Source: an uncultured Candidatus Saccharibacteria bacterium
GTDB lineage: Bacteria; Patescibacteriota; Dojkabacteria; SC72
Direction: 5' to 3'
DNA length: 64,000 nucleotides
NCBI GenBank assembly: GCA_964514595.1
Contig: CAZEQZ010000002.1
Span: forward strand, 185,663-249,662
Every line of letters starts with the position of its first letter. Within the stretch, counting starts at the first letter, position 1. Of the stretch, positions 29,860 to 39,341 are shown one piece after another. Both the position numbers and the translations under genes were made by a program. The notes under the pieces were generated by a model. That model was not told the origin of the DNA, made no database searches, and was given only the letters and a program-made list of their open reading frames with translations.

Positions 29860-31038
29860 CTATATTTTTACCAAGTATCTTGCACTTACCCACCCTACTA
29901 AATCAGCTCCATACTGTACCTGATACCAACCTTCCTCCTCCCCTAGTAAAATGAAGACAGTACCATCATCTGCACTGTCCAATATTTTACAACTTGACCA
30001 CCTACACTCTCTAATATTCACGAAATTATATGTCGGAGAAGATACTTCCACTAATTGCTTCTCTCCCCGAGAGATTTCAAATTTAACATCAAAAGAGGAT
30101 CCTTCAAATGGCTTTCCTTCAAACTTAAGCAATTCGAACGATTCAGTAGCTTCTCCTAATAAGACTCTTGCTTCCAATTCAAACTCCACCTCCACGGATT
30201 CTCCAGGTAGTATGTTCTTATCCGATACACTCACAGGCTTACTAAAACTTTCCCATTCCTGATTTATTGCAAAGCTACTCTCCTTCCCATCTTTTACAGA
30301 TATATATACTGGATCCCTGTCTGTGAACCAAATAAAGTCATTATTATTCTTAAATTTCACCTTCACCTTTAGCCTTTCTCCTATCTCCAATTGCTCTTCA
30401 TGCACCACCTCTTCTATTCTCGCTCGATATTCTAGGTTCTCCGCTTCATATCCTTCCCAGCCTGAAAGTACTTCCAATACTGAATTAGCAAACTCTCCAG
30501 ATATTTCCTCAGCTGTTATGGTAGATAGTTTTCCTTCTTCCTGGTTAATATTTAGCTTTACTACAGAAAGTTGAGATATTCCCCAATTAGAGGATATCTC
30601 CTCTACCATTTGATTTAAAGAATCGGTAGCCCTATTTGAAAGTATGGAGTTGTTTGACATATATCCTATTGTGACTGCACCTTCCACTTCTCTAAGCTCT
30701 GGATTAGCACCAACACCACCCTCTTTGCCTTGATATATTATCCCATTCTCATCAAGGAGGTATGTATATGGGAGGTCGGAGAAGTGTAGTCTGGTTATAC
30801 TGTAGTAGTAGAGAGTCTTAACCCATTTTGCAGGATCTCTAAGTAGTATGTCGGAATCTGTTGTTACTTGAGTTATGTATATCTTAACTGGATTACTGTA
30901 TATGGTATTAGACTTGTCTGATAGTGAAGTGTCAAATTTCTGACTTTGCGTTGAGTAGTATGAAAATGCCAAAGCAGATGTTGGCTTAAATAGTGCCAAA
31001 GTAAGAAGGAGTGTCAAAAAAAGAATTGTTTTCTTCAT
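29860..31038 (-). CDS. Secreted protein: degenerate amidase_2/PGRP-like domain, Ig-like domain, C-terminal SH3b
   Basis: Signal peptide ALA-F; SDLPYTYLLDENGIIYQGKEGG; SH3b FVNIRE...GWYQV...GWVSARYL. Confidence 0.7.
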   Translation of the reverse strand: MKKTILFLTLLLTLALFKPTSALAFSYYSTQSQKFDTSLSDKSNTIYSNPVKIYITQVTTDSDILLRDPAKWVKTLYYYSITRLHFSDLPYTYLLDENGIIYQGKEGGVGANPELREVEGAVTIGYMSNNSILSNRATDSLNQMVEEISSNWGISQLSVVKLNINQEEGKLSTITAEEISGEFANSVLEVLSGWEGYEAENLEYRARIEEVVHEEQLEIGERLKVKVKFKNNNDFIWFTDRDPVYISVKDGKESSFAINQEWESFSKPVSVSDKNILPGESVEVEFELEARVLLGEATESFELLKFEGKPFEGSSFDVKFEISRGEKQLVEVSSPTYNFVNIRECRWSSCKILDSADDGTVFILLGEEEGWYQVQYGADLVGWVSARYLVKI

Positions 31039-31078
31039 TCTAGATATCTTATCAACTATTGTTGTAAATTTGAAGTGA

Positions 31079-32098
31079 TTATTCGGGTGCGGGATCTAGT
31101 AACTCTATCTCTTCTGTTTGCTTCTCTATTAAATATTCTGGATTTATACCACATAGATATACTTGTATTTCAGCAAGGTATGTACTTTTGGTAGAATCCA
31201 GCAGTTTTCCAGTTCCTGTTAATTTATACGCAGGGAAGACATATGAGTAATCATAGTTCATAAATACGTATAAATTATCTACGCCTTCAACTTCCAAAGA
31301 TGAGAGTCTAGCAGAAGAACGTACTAAAATATCTTGTTCCCAAAATCTTTCTTCCACAGAGTTTCTCATAAGGTGCATTGGATATTTTGTAAATTTGAGT
31401 ATCTCATCAACTGATATGGTAGGCATCTTCTGTATGGGAACCAATCCTCTCTCAACATCATGAAGAAGAATTGCAAGTGAATACATTCTATTATCCCCCT
31501 CAATACGAATTTCAAATGCATTTCCCTCTAGATATAAAGATCCATACTTAATACCATCCTTTACAAAGAATCCTTTATATAAGTATGAATTCTCGGACTG
31601 CTTCTTTGTCTCTAAAAGCTCTATCTTCTCAATATTAAAATATGTCTTTAAAAATATATCCAAGTCTTTTGCAGAATTAATTTTCATATCTAAGTTAAGT
31701 CCTGTTTGAGATGTAACATAAAATACTCCTGTGTCTTCATCGTATAAGAATGTGTCTGTTTCAAAGGTCTCGTATAATTGATTCTCGTTTGCAATATAAC
31801 GATCGTCCAAATCGTAGAAGTTCTTTATAAAGTTTCTTGCCACAGAGAGATCTGGCTTGTGTAGCTTATATACCATCTGATACTTATCGAATTCTGAGCT
31901 TTCTCCCTGGAGGTTTAATGTAAAATTATCGCTTAATTCCGCAAATGGACTCTCTATGGAGATTATCTCTCCTGCGGGGATATCTTCTTCAACCTTCTTT
32001 GATTTTAGAAAGATTATTGCAATAACAGATAAACCCAGAACAATTCCTATTATTATATACACACCGTAATTTTTTATTATTTTTTTTATTCTATCCAT
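31079..32098 (-). CDS. Membrane-anchored hypothetical protein
   Basis: Start MDRIKK lies 1 nt after the upstream stop; single N-terminal TM; C-terminal YVFPAYKLTG. Confidence 0.7.
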   Translation of the reverse strand: MDRIKKIIKNYGVYIIIGIVLGLSVIAIIFLKSKKVEEDIPAGEIISIESPFAELSDNFTLNLQGESSEFDKYQMVYKLHKPDLSVARNFIKNFYDLDDRYIANENQLYETFETDTFLYDEDTGVFYVTSQTGLNLDMKINSAKDLDIFLKTYFNIEKIELLETKKQSENSYLYKGFFVKDGIKYGSLYLEGNAFEIRIEGDNRMYSLAILLHDVERGLVPIQKMPTISVDEILKFTKYPMHLMRNSVEERFWEQDILVRSSARLSSLEVEGVDNLYVFMNYDYSYVFPAYKLTGTGKLLDSTKSTYLAEIQVYLCGINPEYLIEKQTEEIELLDPAPE

Positions 32099-32099
32099 C

Positions 32100-34649
32100 T
32101 TATCTAGCAAATCCTTTAACATAACTCTTTATCTCAGAATCTAGTTTAGCTGTGCCCGAACTAGAAATACCTTTAGACCAATCTTCCAAGGTCTGTTGAT
32201 CATATCCTCTAGATAACATTGCATCCCTAATCTGTGTTCCAGATTTCACACCATCTATCGTATGAAATTTATATCCTCCATAATTTCCAGAGATTATCTC
32301 AGCTCCCACTTCCATTCCTAGAGGATTTCCATTTAACCCTCCGCTTCTATACTGTACTAGGTGCGTAACCTCATGGACCATGAGACCTTGGAAGTATGAT
32401 AATCCCGCAGAACCCGCCTTTGAAGAATTACATATTATTCCATTATACCTAGCTACACACCAAGCCCATTCACTATACGTACTAGAGAATGTTCCATCAT
32501 CCACAAAGGTCAAAGAAACTCCACTGAGTCCAAATCTTTCTAGGATACTATCGAAGATTTCTTGATAATCGCCTCCCAATAGTTGCCCTATCATATCCTC
32601 CTTCCCTACGGGAGTCCCCGTGGGATCTATTTCATCTATCATATCAGGAGCACCACATGATACTACTTCAAATGGAGCTACATGAGAATGTACCCCCAAA
32701 AGAGAGCTCCCGAATATGATGACAAATCCCGCAAGAGCAACTATTCCCGCTAGGAAATAAACCAAACCCTCCACACCTATCTTAATAGCGTGAGCACTCA
32801 TCTTCATTAAAGGTTGGGATAGTTTGTATACTAACTCAGAAGCAAGGAAACTAATTAATCCTGCGATAGGAGTTCCTACAACCCCAAGTGCAGACGAAAT
32901 TGCTGTAGTGATACCTTTAACTAAGGTTTGTACCCCTCCTTTCAACATCCAATCCTTTACTAAGGCAACTGCTACCGAATTTTTTATACCCAACAATAGT
33001 ACTTTTCCTACAGCATTTCTAACATGAGAAAGAACATGTTTATTTATTAATCCATCTATTTTATCCCTAATTCTTGATATTGTTCCAAATGTCTTATACA
33101 GGTTAGACAACCTCGCATCTTTTTTTAGAAATTTATCTATCATCTCCATTTGTTGAGTAGATACTCTTCCTGCCAAACTTCGTACATATGCATCATCTCC
33201 CTTCTCTAATTCTGCAAGAAATCTAGTCCAATCGAAATTCGATATCTCTCCTAAAATTTGTTTCTTAAACTTTTCCTGCGATCTATACGCTAGATATCCA
33301 AAGCCCTCTCCATCTATCAATGTCTTAACCCAAGCAGCCGGAGAAAGGTAGTAGACAGAATTCATTTTATCGAAGTATGCCTGCTGGAATCGATTAGTTG
33401 CTTCTTTTGCTGCATGGATCTTCAAACTATGCCCCCTTCTTGTAAATGCTTGCTCTTTAGATGGTTGTAACCAATTAATTTGATTATATTTATCTGCAAA
33501 GAATTTCCCGTTAAGAATATTCCCCATAAGGTTTCCGTCTATAAACAAATCTTTTGCAGAATAATACATTCCTTCCCATTGACCTAATTGCCCTGCAAAA
33601 TCTTCGAATCTAGACATTCTGATATCACCCTGTATGCTTCTCATTGAATTTTTTAGTTCCCTTATCTTCACATGCTTGTCTGGGTCGTTACTTCTTTGTA
33701 GTTGAGATATTGCATTAGAGATACTATTTAAATCTCCCTCTAATTTGTTTCTAAATGCTCTTGCAGCTGTTTGATCATATACATTGGCTACAACATCACT
33801 GGCTCTTTGATATTTCTCTGCCTTATCCATATCCCCCGCCATTCTTGCATCTACTGATTTTTTAGAAAGGTTAGCCTTTTCTAAGACGGTATATAGTTCA
33901 CGATTAACAAGTAATTCGTCTCTTATTTTTTCAAAGTTATTATTACTCAAGTGGGTGGAGTAGCTTTGTCTCCATTTTCTATATTGGTTCCACTTCATAT
34001 CCGCCTGTGCATCCCCTAGAGTACCACCGAACATATTTCTAAACTCCTGTCTTGTGAATTCCCTACTATTAGGATCTAGGTATCTTTGTGCTAATTTCTC
34101 ATTTCTGTATGTCACACCAAAGGTGTCGTATTGAGTTCTCATACCTATTGGTTTTTTTGTAAACTCATCTACTTTACCCCCTCTTCCTGCTGCAACCATT
34201 GCTTCTTGAGTATCCTTATCCAATCCATATTTCTTTGCCCACATGTATCCAACTATACCTCTCATTTCCTCCCCTGCCCAAGCTATTCGTTGCTGTTTTC
34301 TAATACCCTCTATCTTCTTGTATTGAGCATCTATGTATGTGCTCGGATTTTCCATCAACTTTTTCAGCTCTCCAAGATTGAACTTGATATTATCTGGAAC
34401 TCTCTTTCCTACACTTACGGTACCCACATCCACATCGAAGGCGTTATTGAAGGCCTCCATTGTCGTCTTATTTACATATAGGAGGGGATTTTCTAGTACA
34501 GCAGTTAAAGCATCAACCATTTCAGAGGAACCATCTACACCAGTGACCTTAACTGGCTTAACTTTATTGGGAGGCTTTTGGGACTCTTCAAATATGAAAT
34601 CAAAAACCGATCCCAGGGCATCTTCGTATTGCTTCTTTTGCTGTGGCAT
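32100..34649 (-). CDS. Large membrane protein with coiled-coil N-part and C-terminal HEXXH zincin-like domain
   Basis: Hydrophobic Gly/Ala-rich helices at ~aa 575-655; MVHEVTHLVQ followed by EVGAE. Confidence 0.7.
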   Translation of the reverse strand: MPQQKKQYEDALGSVFDFIFEESQKPPNKVKPVKVTGVDGSSEMVDALTAVLENPLLYVNKTTMEAFNNAFDVDVGTVSVGKRVPDNIKFNLGELKKLMENPSTYIDAQYKKIEGIRKQQRIAWAGEEMRGIVGYMWAKKYGLDKDTQEAMVAAGRGGKVDEFTKKPIGMRTQYDTFGVTYRNEKLAQRYLDPNSREFTRQEFRNMFGGTLGDAQADMKWNQYRKWRQSYSTHLSNNNFEKIRDELLVNRELYTVLEKANLSKKSVDARMAGDMDKAEKYQRASDVVANVYDQTAARAFRNKLEGDLNSISNAISQLQRSNDPDKHVKIRELKNSMRSIQGDIRMSRFEDFAGQLGQWEGMYYSAKDLFIDGNLMGNILNGKFFADKYNQINWLQPSKEQAFTRRGHSLKIHAAKEATNRFQQAYFDKMNSVYYLSPAAWVKTLIDGEGFGYLAYRSQEKFKKQILGEISNFDWTRFLAELEKGDDAYVRSLAGRVSTQQMEMIDKFLKKDARLSNLYKTFGTISRIRDKIDGLINKHVLSHVRNAVGKVLLLGIKNSVAVALVKDWMLKGGVQTLVKGITTAISSALGVVGTPIAGLISFLASELVYKLSQPLMKMSAHAIKIGVEGLVYFLAGIVALAGFVIIFGSSLLGVHSHVAPFEVVSCGAPDMIDEIDPTGTPVGKEDMIGQLLGGDYQEIFDSILERFGLSGVSLTFVDDGTFSSTYSEWAWCVARYNGIICNSSKAGSAGLSYFQGLMVHEVTHLVQYRSGGLNGNPLGMEVGAEIISGNYGGYKFHTIDGVKSGTQIRDAMLSRGYDQQTLEDWSKGISSSGTAKLDSEIKSYVKGFAR

Positions 34650-34662
34650 AGATATTTAAAAA

Positions 34663-35970
34663 CTATTTAAACATACTTCCAACAAATGGAACTTTTCCAA
34701 ATCCTTCCTTAATTGCCGCAGCTGCATCTGCACCACTCTTGGATGCTGTGGGAGGAATTATTGCTTTTGCCAAGGCAGGAGCTTGAACTGCAGCATAGAT
34801 AGCTATTAATTTTGCTAAAGCGATTAGCATAGGGCCCATATCTCCTATGCTTGCCTGATCACCTGTAAGAGATTTAGGAAAATCTATTGATATGTTTTTT
34901 GTTTCTAGATAGAAGGGTATGTTAACTATGGCAAATGCTATTGGAAAGACTAGGGCATTACGAAATATTGATTTAAATATATTAACTATACTAGCATCAT
35001 TTCCTGGTAAGGAGCCTAACATTATTGATAATGGAGCAACTATCACATTCAACAGTATAGCTAAGTATGATTTAACTAATGTAATCCAAAGCTTTATTGC
35101 TCCAACTAAGGCCGCTCCAGCAATAATTATTCCCAATATAATGGGGATTAATCCGGCTACCGCATTCAGTGTTGCTAACCCCAAGACTATTCCAACTAGA
35201 GATATTGAGGAACCTGTCTGAGCTCCTCCACTCCAAGTTACTGCCCAAATATCATGTATTGGGACCCCACTTCCTAGAAGACTTTTTATTACTGTCATAA
35301 GGACACCGCATATGTCAATAATTACTCCCGCTATGGCAAAACTAAAGGTTACCAAGACTAATGATATTACAACCCTTGGAAGTGTATTACCTAATGTTAC
35401 CAAGGTCTGACCTCCCAGTTTACTTCTAAACATTATCATAAAGCCTACTGCAATCATCACTACAACAAAGGCAAGGTACGCTATATTTCTTGTAAAGGAC
35501 CATATTTCATCAACACCGGTACTCCTAATATCATCATAACCTGAAGCATATATAGATTGTGTCTCTTTATATCCTGGAACCCATTCCCTTGAGAGATGTG
35601 CTATGACATCAATCCTTGGTTGAGAATCAAACATGGCTGTAACTTGACGTTCAGCGGTACCTAATAAACCGTATTTCATCTGATCAGGATAATTTCCTGT
35701 TTGTATCCTAGGATTCGCTTCCGTACACTCTGGACAAAGTATAGCAAGTATGAATTCTCCTATTCCCGTAATGATTTTCCCTACAAACTGGGCTATACTT
35801 TCCCCTACAAAGCCAGTCAGATCTCCAACAAAGGAAACTATATGTTCCCATGTGGTCTTTGTGTCTATGGGTTCACCTAGCGTATCTTGGGCCAGTATAG
35901 GGGAACTTAAGCTTGTGATGAATACAAATAGTGTGGTCATCAATACAACAATTATCCTAAGAGCTTTCAT
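34663..35970 (-). CDS. VirB6/TrbL-like polytopic membrane protein (CPR type)
   Basis: IWSFTRNIAY...GFMIMFR...LPRVVISLVLVTFSFAIAGVIID followed by several TM helices; family recognised by eye. Confidence 0.6.
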   Translation of the reverse strand: MKALRIIVVLMTTLFVFITSLSSPILAQDTLGEPIDTKTTWEHIVSFVGDLTGFVGESIAQFVGKIITGIGEFILAILCPECTEANPRIQTGNYPDQMKYGLLGTAERQVTAMFDSQPRIDVIAHLSREWVPGYKETQSIYASGYDDIRSTGVDEIWSFTRNIAYLAFVVVMIAVGFMIMFRSKLGGQTLVTLGNTLPRVVISLVLVTFSFAIAGVIIDICGVLMTVIKSLLGSGVPIHDIWAVTWSGGAQTGSSISLVGIVLGLATLNAVAGLIPIILGIIIAGAALVGAIKLWITLVKSYLAILLNVIVAPLSIMLGSLPGNDASIVNIFKSIFRNALVFPIAFAIVNIPFYLETKNISIDFPKSLTGDQASIGDMGPMLIALAKLIAIYAAVQAPALAKAIIPPTASKSGADAAAAIKEGFGKVPFVGSMFK

Positions 35971-35997
35971 ATTTTTATATAATTAAATTTAAAGATA

Positions 35998-37440
35998 TTA
36001 TATTAACAAATAATGCTTTGCTGATTCTCTGTTTAATTCCAAAACTTCATTCCAATACTCTATAAACGTTGGAATAAAGTCTTCTTGACCAGGAGCCTTG
36101 TCTTTAGCCTGCATTCTATAATTCATTAGGAAAGGTGTCGCATCCCATAGACACCACACATCAAATTCTCCTGTTGCTCCATTATCATAAGTTGCTATAC
36201 CACTACATTGTGTAGCTACATAGAACATTAAACTATCTTCAATATTATTAGAGACCTCCTTCTTAGAGGCTGTTTGAAAAGGAGCCTGTGTAGCAAGGTA
36301 TGTGTATGTCATAAAAGCATTAGAACATATACCATTATTACAATCATATGTGTTCCCAAATATTGGTGTCATTTCTACCATGAGACCCCTAGATCTAGGA
36401 CATTTCTCACGCTTAATAGATTTATTCCCCTCTTCATCTATAATTTCAACACCATCTTCATCACAGTAGTCCCATTGATTGGAGCTAAACGTTTGTCTAA
36501 AAAGACCCTTGAAGCGTGTATATATTGATCTTTGGTCACACGCCTTCCATACCCCATCATTAGTACCTAAAAAAGTAACACTAACACTACTCAAACACTC
36601 CGCTTCTCGTTGATAATCATAATTATCTCCTCCTGGGATTTGCTGTCTCGTAAAGCCACCCCCGCTATCTCCCCTCAGATTACTAGCCCCAACGTTGAAA
36701 TCGCTTGTACTAACCTCACGAGGACAGTTACACGCGGGATCATTTTCCGCATTATCTATGTTATATCTTCCATCTCTCTTTTCCTGCTCCTGATTAGCAG
36801 AGACAGTTAATTGACCAGTAACTTCAAATGCCTGTCTTTCAGTAGCTGGCAACTCTTTCACGAAGGCATCGGACTGATATGGAGCCATAGTCTTTTCCAC
36901 TATCGCACCTTCCCACTCTCCACTAGAAGAATACGACGGATCATCCACTCTAATCTGTCTGTTACTATCCTTCATAGTATATGGACCTAACCAGAGAGCG
37001 AGAGGATATGTGACCATAGTAAGTTCAAAATCAACTATATTTTCCACCTCAACTTCATCTCCGGAGAATCCCACAGGATCACCTCCATAATTAGGAACTT
37101 CATAGTGAATCTGTGCACCACCAGATGAGCAAAGCCTTCTCTCCAAATCTACAATATTAGCAGGTTGTCTACACAAAGATGATATCTCTCCCTTAACCTC
37201 TCCTCCCTCTGCATACTCGGTAGCGTTACTATCTTCCAAAAATACATACTCTACATTCTCTGTTACTATATTTTCTTCCCTACTAGGAGAGCATGTTGAG
37301 CACTGTTGCGCATCTTTATTCAACCACCTCCCATCGAACGAAACCTTTATACTTTTAGCTAGGTATACTGAGAAAAGAGCAAAGAATAGCATGCCTAAAA
37401 GAAACAAGATCCCATTTTTCCTACTATTTTTTATACTCAT
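35998..37440 (-). CDS. Membrane-anchored Cys-containing hypothetical protein
   Basis: N-terminal TM, many Cys; ATGA overlap with the upstream gene. Confidence 0.7.
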   Translation of the reverse strand: MSIKNSRKNGILFLLGMLFFALFSVYLAKSIKVSFDGRWLNKDAQQCSTCSPSREENIVTENVEYVFLEDSNATEYAEGGEVKGEISSLCRQPANIVDLERRLCSSGGAQIHYEVPNYGGDPVGFSGDEVEVENIVDFELTMVTYPLALWLGPYTMKDSNRQIRVDDPSYSSSGEWEGAIVEKTMAPYQSDAFVKELPATERQAFEVTGQLTVSANQEQEKRDGRYNIDNAENDPACNCPREVSTSDFNVGASNLRGDSGGGFTRQQIPGGDNYDYQREAECLSSVSVTFLGTNDGVWKACDQRSIYTRFKGLFRQTFSSNQWDYCDEDGVEIIDEEGNKSIKREKCPRSRGLMVEMTPIFGNTYDCNNGICSNAFMTYTYLATQAPFQTASKKEVSNNIEDSLMFYVATQCSGIATYDNGATGEFDVWCLWDATPFLMNYRMQAKDKAPGQEDFIPTFIEYWNEVLELNRESAKHYLLI

Positions 37441-39293
37441 AATGCTCTAATCATTTTACCCCCTTTCCTTTGTCTTGTCACACTTCCTTTATATGTGACT
37501 ACCCCTATAGAGATAAGGGCAAAGGAAAGCAATATTAAGTATACTACATTATCCAATATTCCTGTTTTTGGAGTTTCTATCCCCGAATCTACTTCATACT
37601 CTGAATCGTCTGGAGTAACTACTAAATCAGGATTTACACCCGTACTATGTCCTAAGATTCCGTAGTTCTGAAGTAGCTCTACCCTTGTATACCCCACTCC
37701 TGAGCTAGAATTCCCCTCTACGGATATTTCAACATCCCTATCACTTATGCCTTGCATTTTCTCTGTATGTGTACTTGCTGAGAATGTTGTTACCAAATTT
37801 ACATTAAGCGAATCTTCAGACGTATACTCAAAGTATGAGGTACCGTCCTGAACTCTACTTTCGGCTATTGATAGTATCCATTTACCATTCTCATCAACTA
37901 GGGTAGAGAGTTTTAGACTTTCTCCCTTACTTCCTGCACCATCTTCATCCTTAATATGTACCGTAACTACTACTTCCTTATGCTCTGGCATACCATCTAT
38001 CACTCCAGTCACAGATTCGAATGGTGGAGGAGATGTAAGTGTAGAGAAAGTTTTCACTACATATTTATTCCCCCCATTATCGTATTTATTATCCCCTGAT
38101 TCTATCTCAAAGAAATACTCAGTATCTGGTTGTAGTCTACTTAGAACTACAGAGTGGATATAGTAGTTACTTTTTGTTGTAAGGCCATCTCTTTCATCAG
38201 TAGCTTGACTAGACAAAGAATCACGGGAAGTTCCATAGTTAATATGACCTTTCTCTTTATTCTCTGATATCCAAAGAACCGTAAAGCCTGTGTCTGTTAG
38301 GTTTGTTGTTTGCACACTTGCAGCACCAGACACACCCGAGACTGCTGATCCATCTCCCGTGACCATATCTATCCATTGCAAATTATGTACTATCCTAAAT
38401 ACTCTTCCTGTGTTTCCAGTTGGAGTATCATCTGTCTCCTGGGCTGGAGGGGTTGTCGGAGTTGTTGGCGTTGTCGGTTGTGTGGGCTCTTCTGGTTCTG
38501 CTACAAATGCCTCCAACATAGATACAGGAGGAAAGTCGTTGTATAGAGAGGAATTATCGCCAATTGTTAAGGCATACACATCCTTCAATTTACCACTGCT
38601 ATCAAATAGTTCGGAGTATGTACCTTCCTGTACTGCACCTTTATTAGGACCGGAGATAGCAACAAGAACTATGTTAGTAGAATTGGTAACTACAATAGGG
38701 GTCTTATTGGCAATACTTCTAAATGCAGAGAGGTCTATAACCCAATTACCTCCTGTGGGAATGGTGGTTGATACAGGATACGCAGATTTATCTTTAAGAA
38801 GGGCATATATTATTACATCGTCTCCCACTACCCCCTTAATTCCTCCATGTATGGGATTGGGAGTTGCAGACGTCTCTGTTATTGGAGCAGTTTTGAATGC
38901 AAAGTTTTTGTTTCCTTCACTACGATACTTCTCTCTATCCGATACTATTACAAATTCGTATTGAGTATTTGGATCTAAGTCTTCAATATCGATATGGTGC
39001 GTGTATCTTCTTCTATTACCTCTTTTTGTATCAACAATGGGACTTTTTTCTATTCCATTTTGGATAGGTATTACAGAACCAAATGACTGTACATCTGTGA
39101 CCCAGCTTACGGTAACGGCACTTGTAGTTAATTTACTAATAACAACATTACGAGGTTGTGCCTCTGCTGACGCTCTCGTTATGAGTTGGTATGCTTGGTA
39201 TGATGCAAAAACTACCAAAGGTATTCCTATTAACAGTATCCCTATTATCGTGAGATCTCTTCTTCTTTTACTAGGTACAGTAGCTATTCTCAT
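37437..39293 (-). CDS. Surface protein with two FN3/PAP-N-like modules, PT linker and LPXTG-like sorting signal
   Basis: Two repeats of (S/T)(K/N)LT..(A/F)TVxW...H...L.L.P.T.Y.F; linker PTQPTTPTTPTTPP; C-terminal TPKTG-TM-basic tail. Confidence 0.8.
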   Translation of the reverse strand: MRIATVPSKRRRDLTIIGILLIGIPLVVFASYQAYQLITRASAEAQPRNVVISKLTTSAVTVSWVTDVQSFGSVIPIQNGIEKSPIVDTKRGNRRRYTHHIDIEDLDPNTQYEFVIVSDREKYRSEGNKNFAFKTAPITETSATPNPIHGGIKGVVGDDVIIYALLKDKSAYPVSTTIPTGGNWVIDLSAFRSIANKTPIVVTNSTNIVLVAISGPNKGAVQEGTYSELFDSSGKLKDVYALTIGDNSSLYNDFPPVSMLEAFVAEPEEPTQPTTPTTPTTPPAQETDDTPTGNTGRVFRIVHNLQWIDMVTGDGSAVSGVSGAASVQTTNLTDTGFTVLWISENKEKGHINYGTSRDSLSSQATDERDGLTTKSNYYIHSVVLSRLQPDTEYFFEIESGDNKYDNGGNKYVVKTFSTLTSPPPFESVTGVIDGMPEHKEVVVTVHIKDEDGAGSKGESLKLSTLVDENGKWILSIAESRVQDGTSYFEYTSEDSLNVNLVTTFSASTHTEKMQGISDRDVEISVEGNSSSGVGYTRVELLQNYGILGHSTGVNPDLVVTPDDSEYEVDSGIETPKTGILDNVVYLILLSFALISIGVVTYKGSVTRQRKGGKMIRAL

Positions 39294-39341
39294 TAATGAT
39301 TATGATACCTGTAATAAGGCTAGAAAACAATCTATGTATTA

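Noticed and set aside
38440-38485. Short tandem repeat
   Set aside because: It encodes the PTT linker and is not CRISPR or a mobile repeat.
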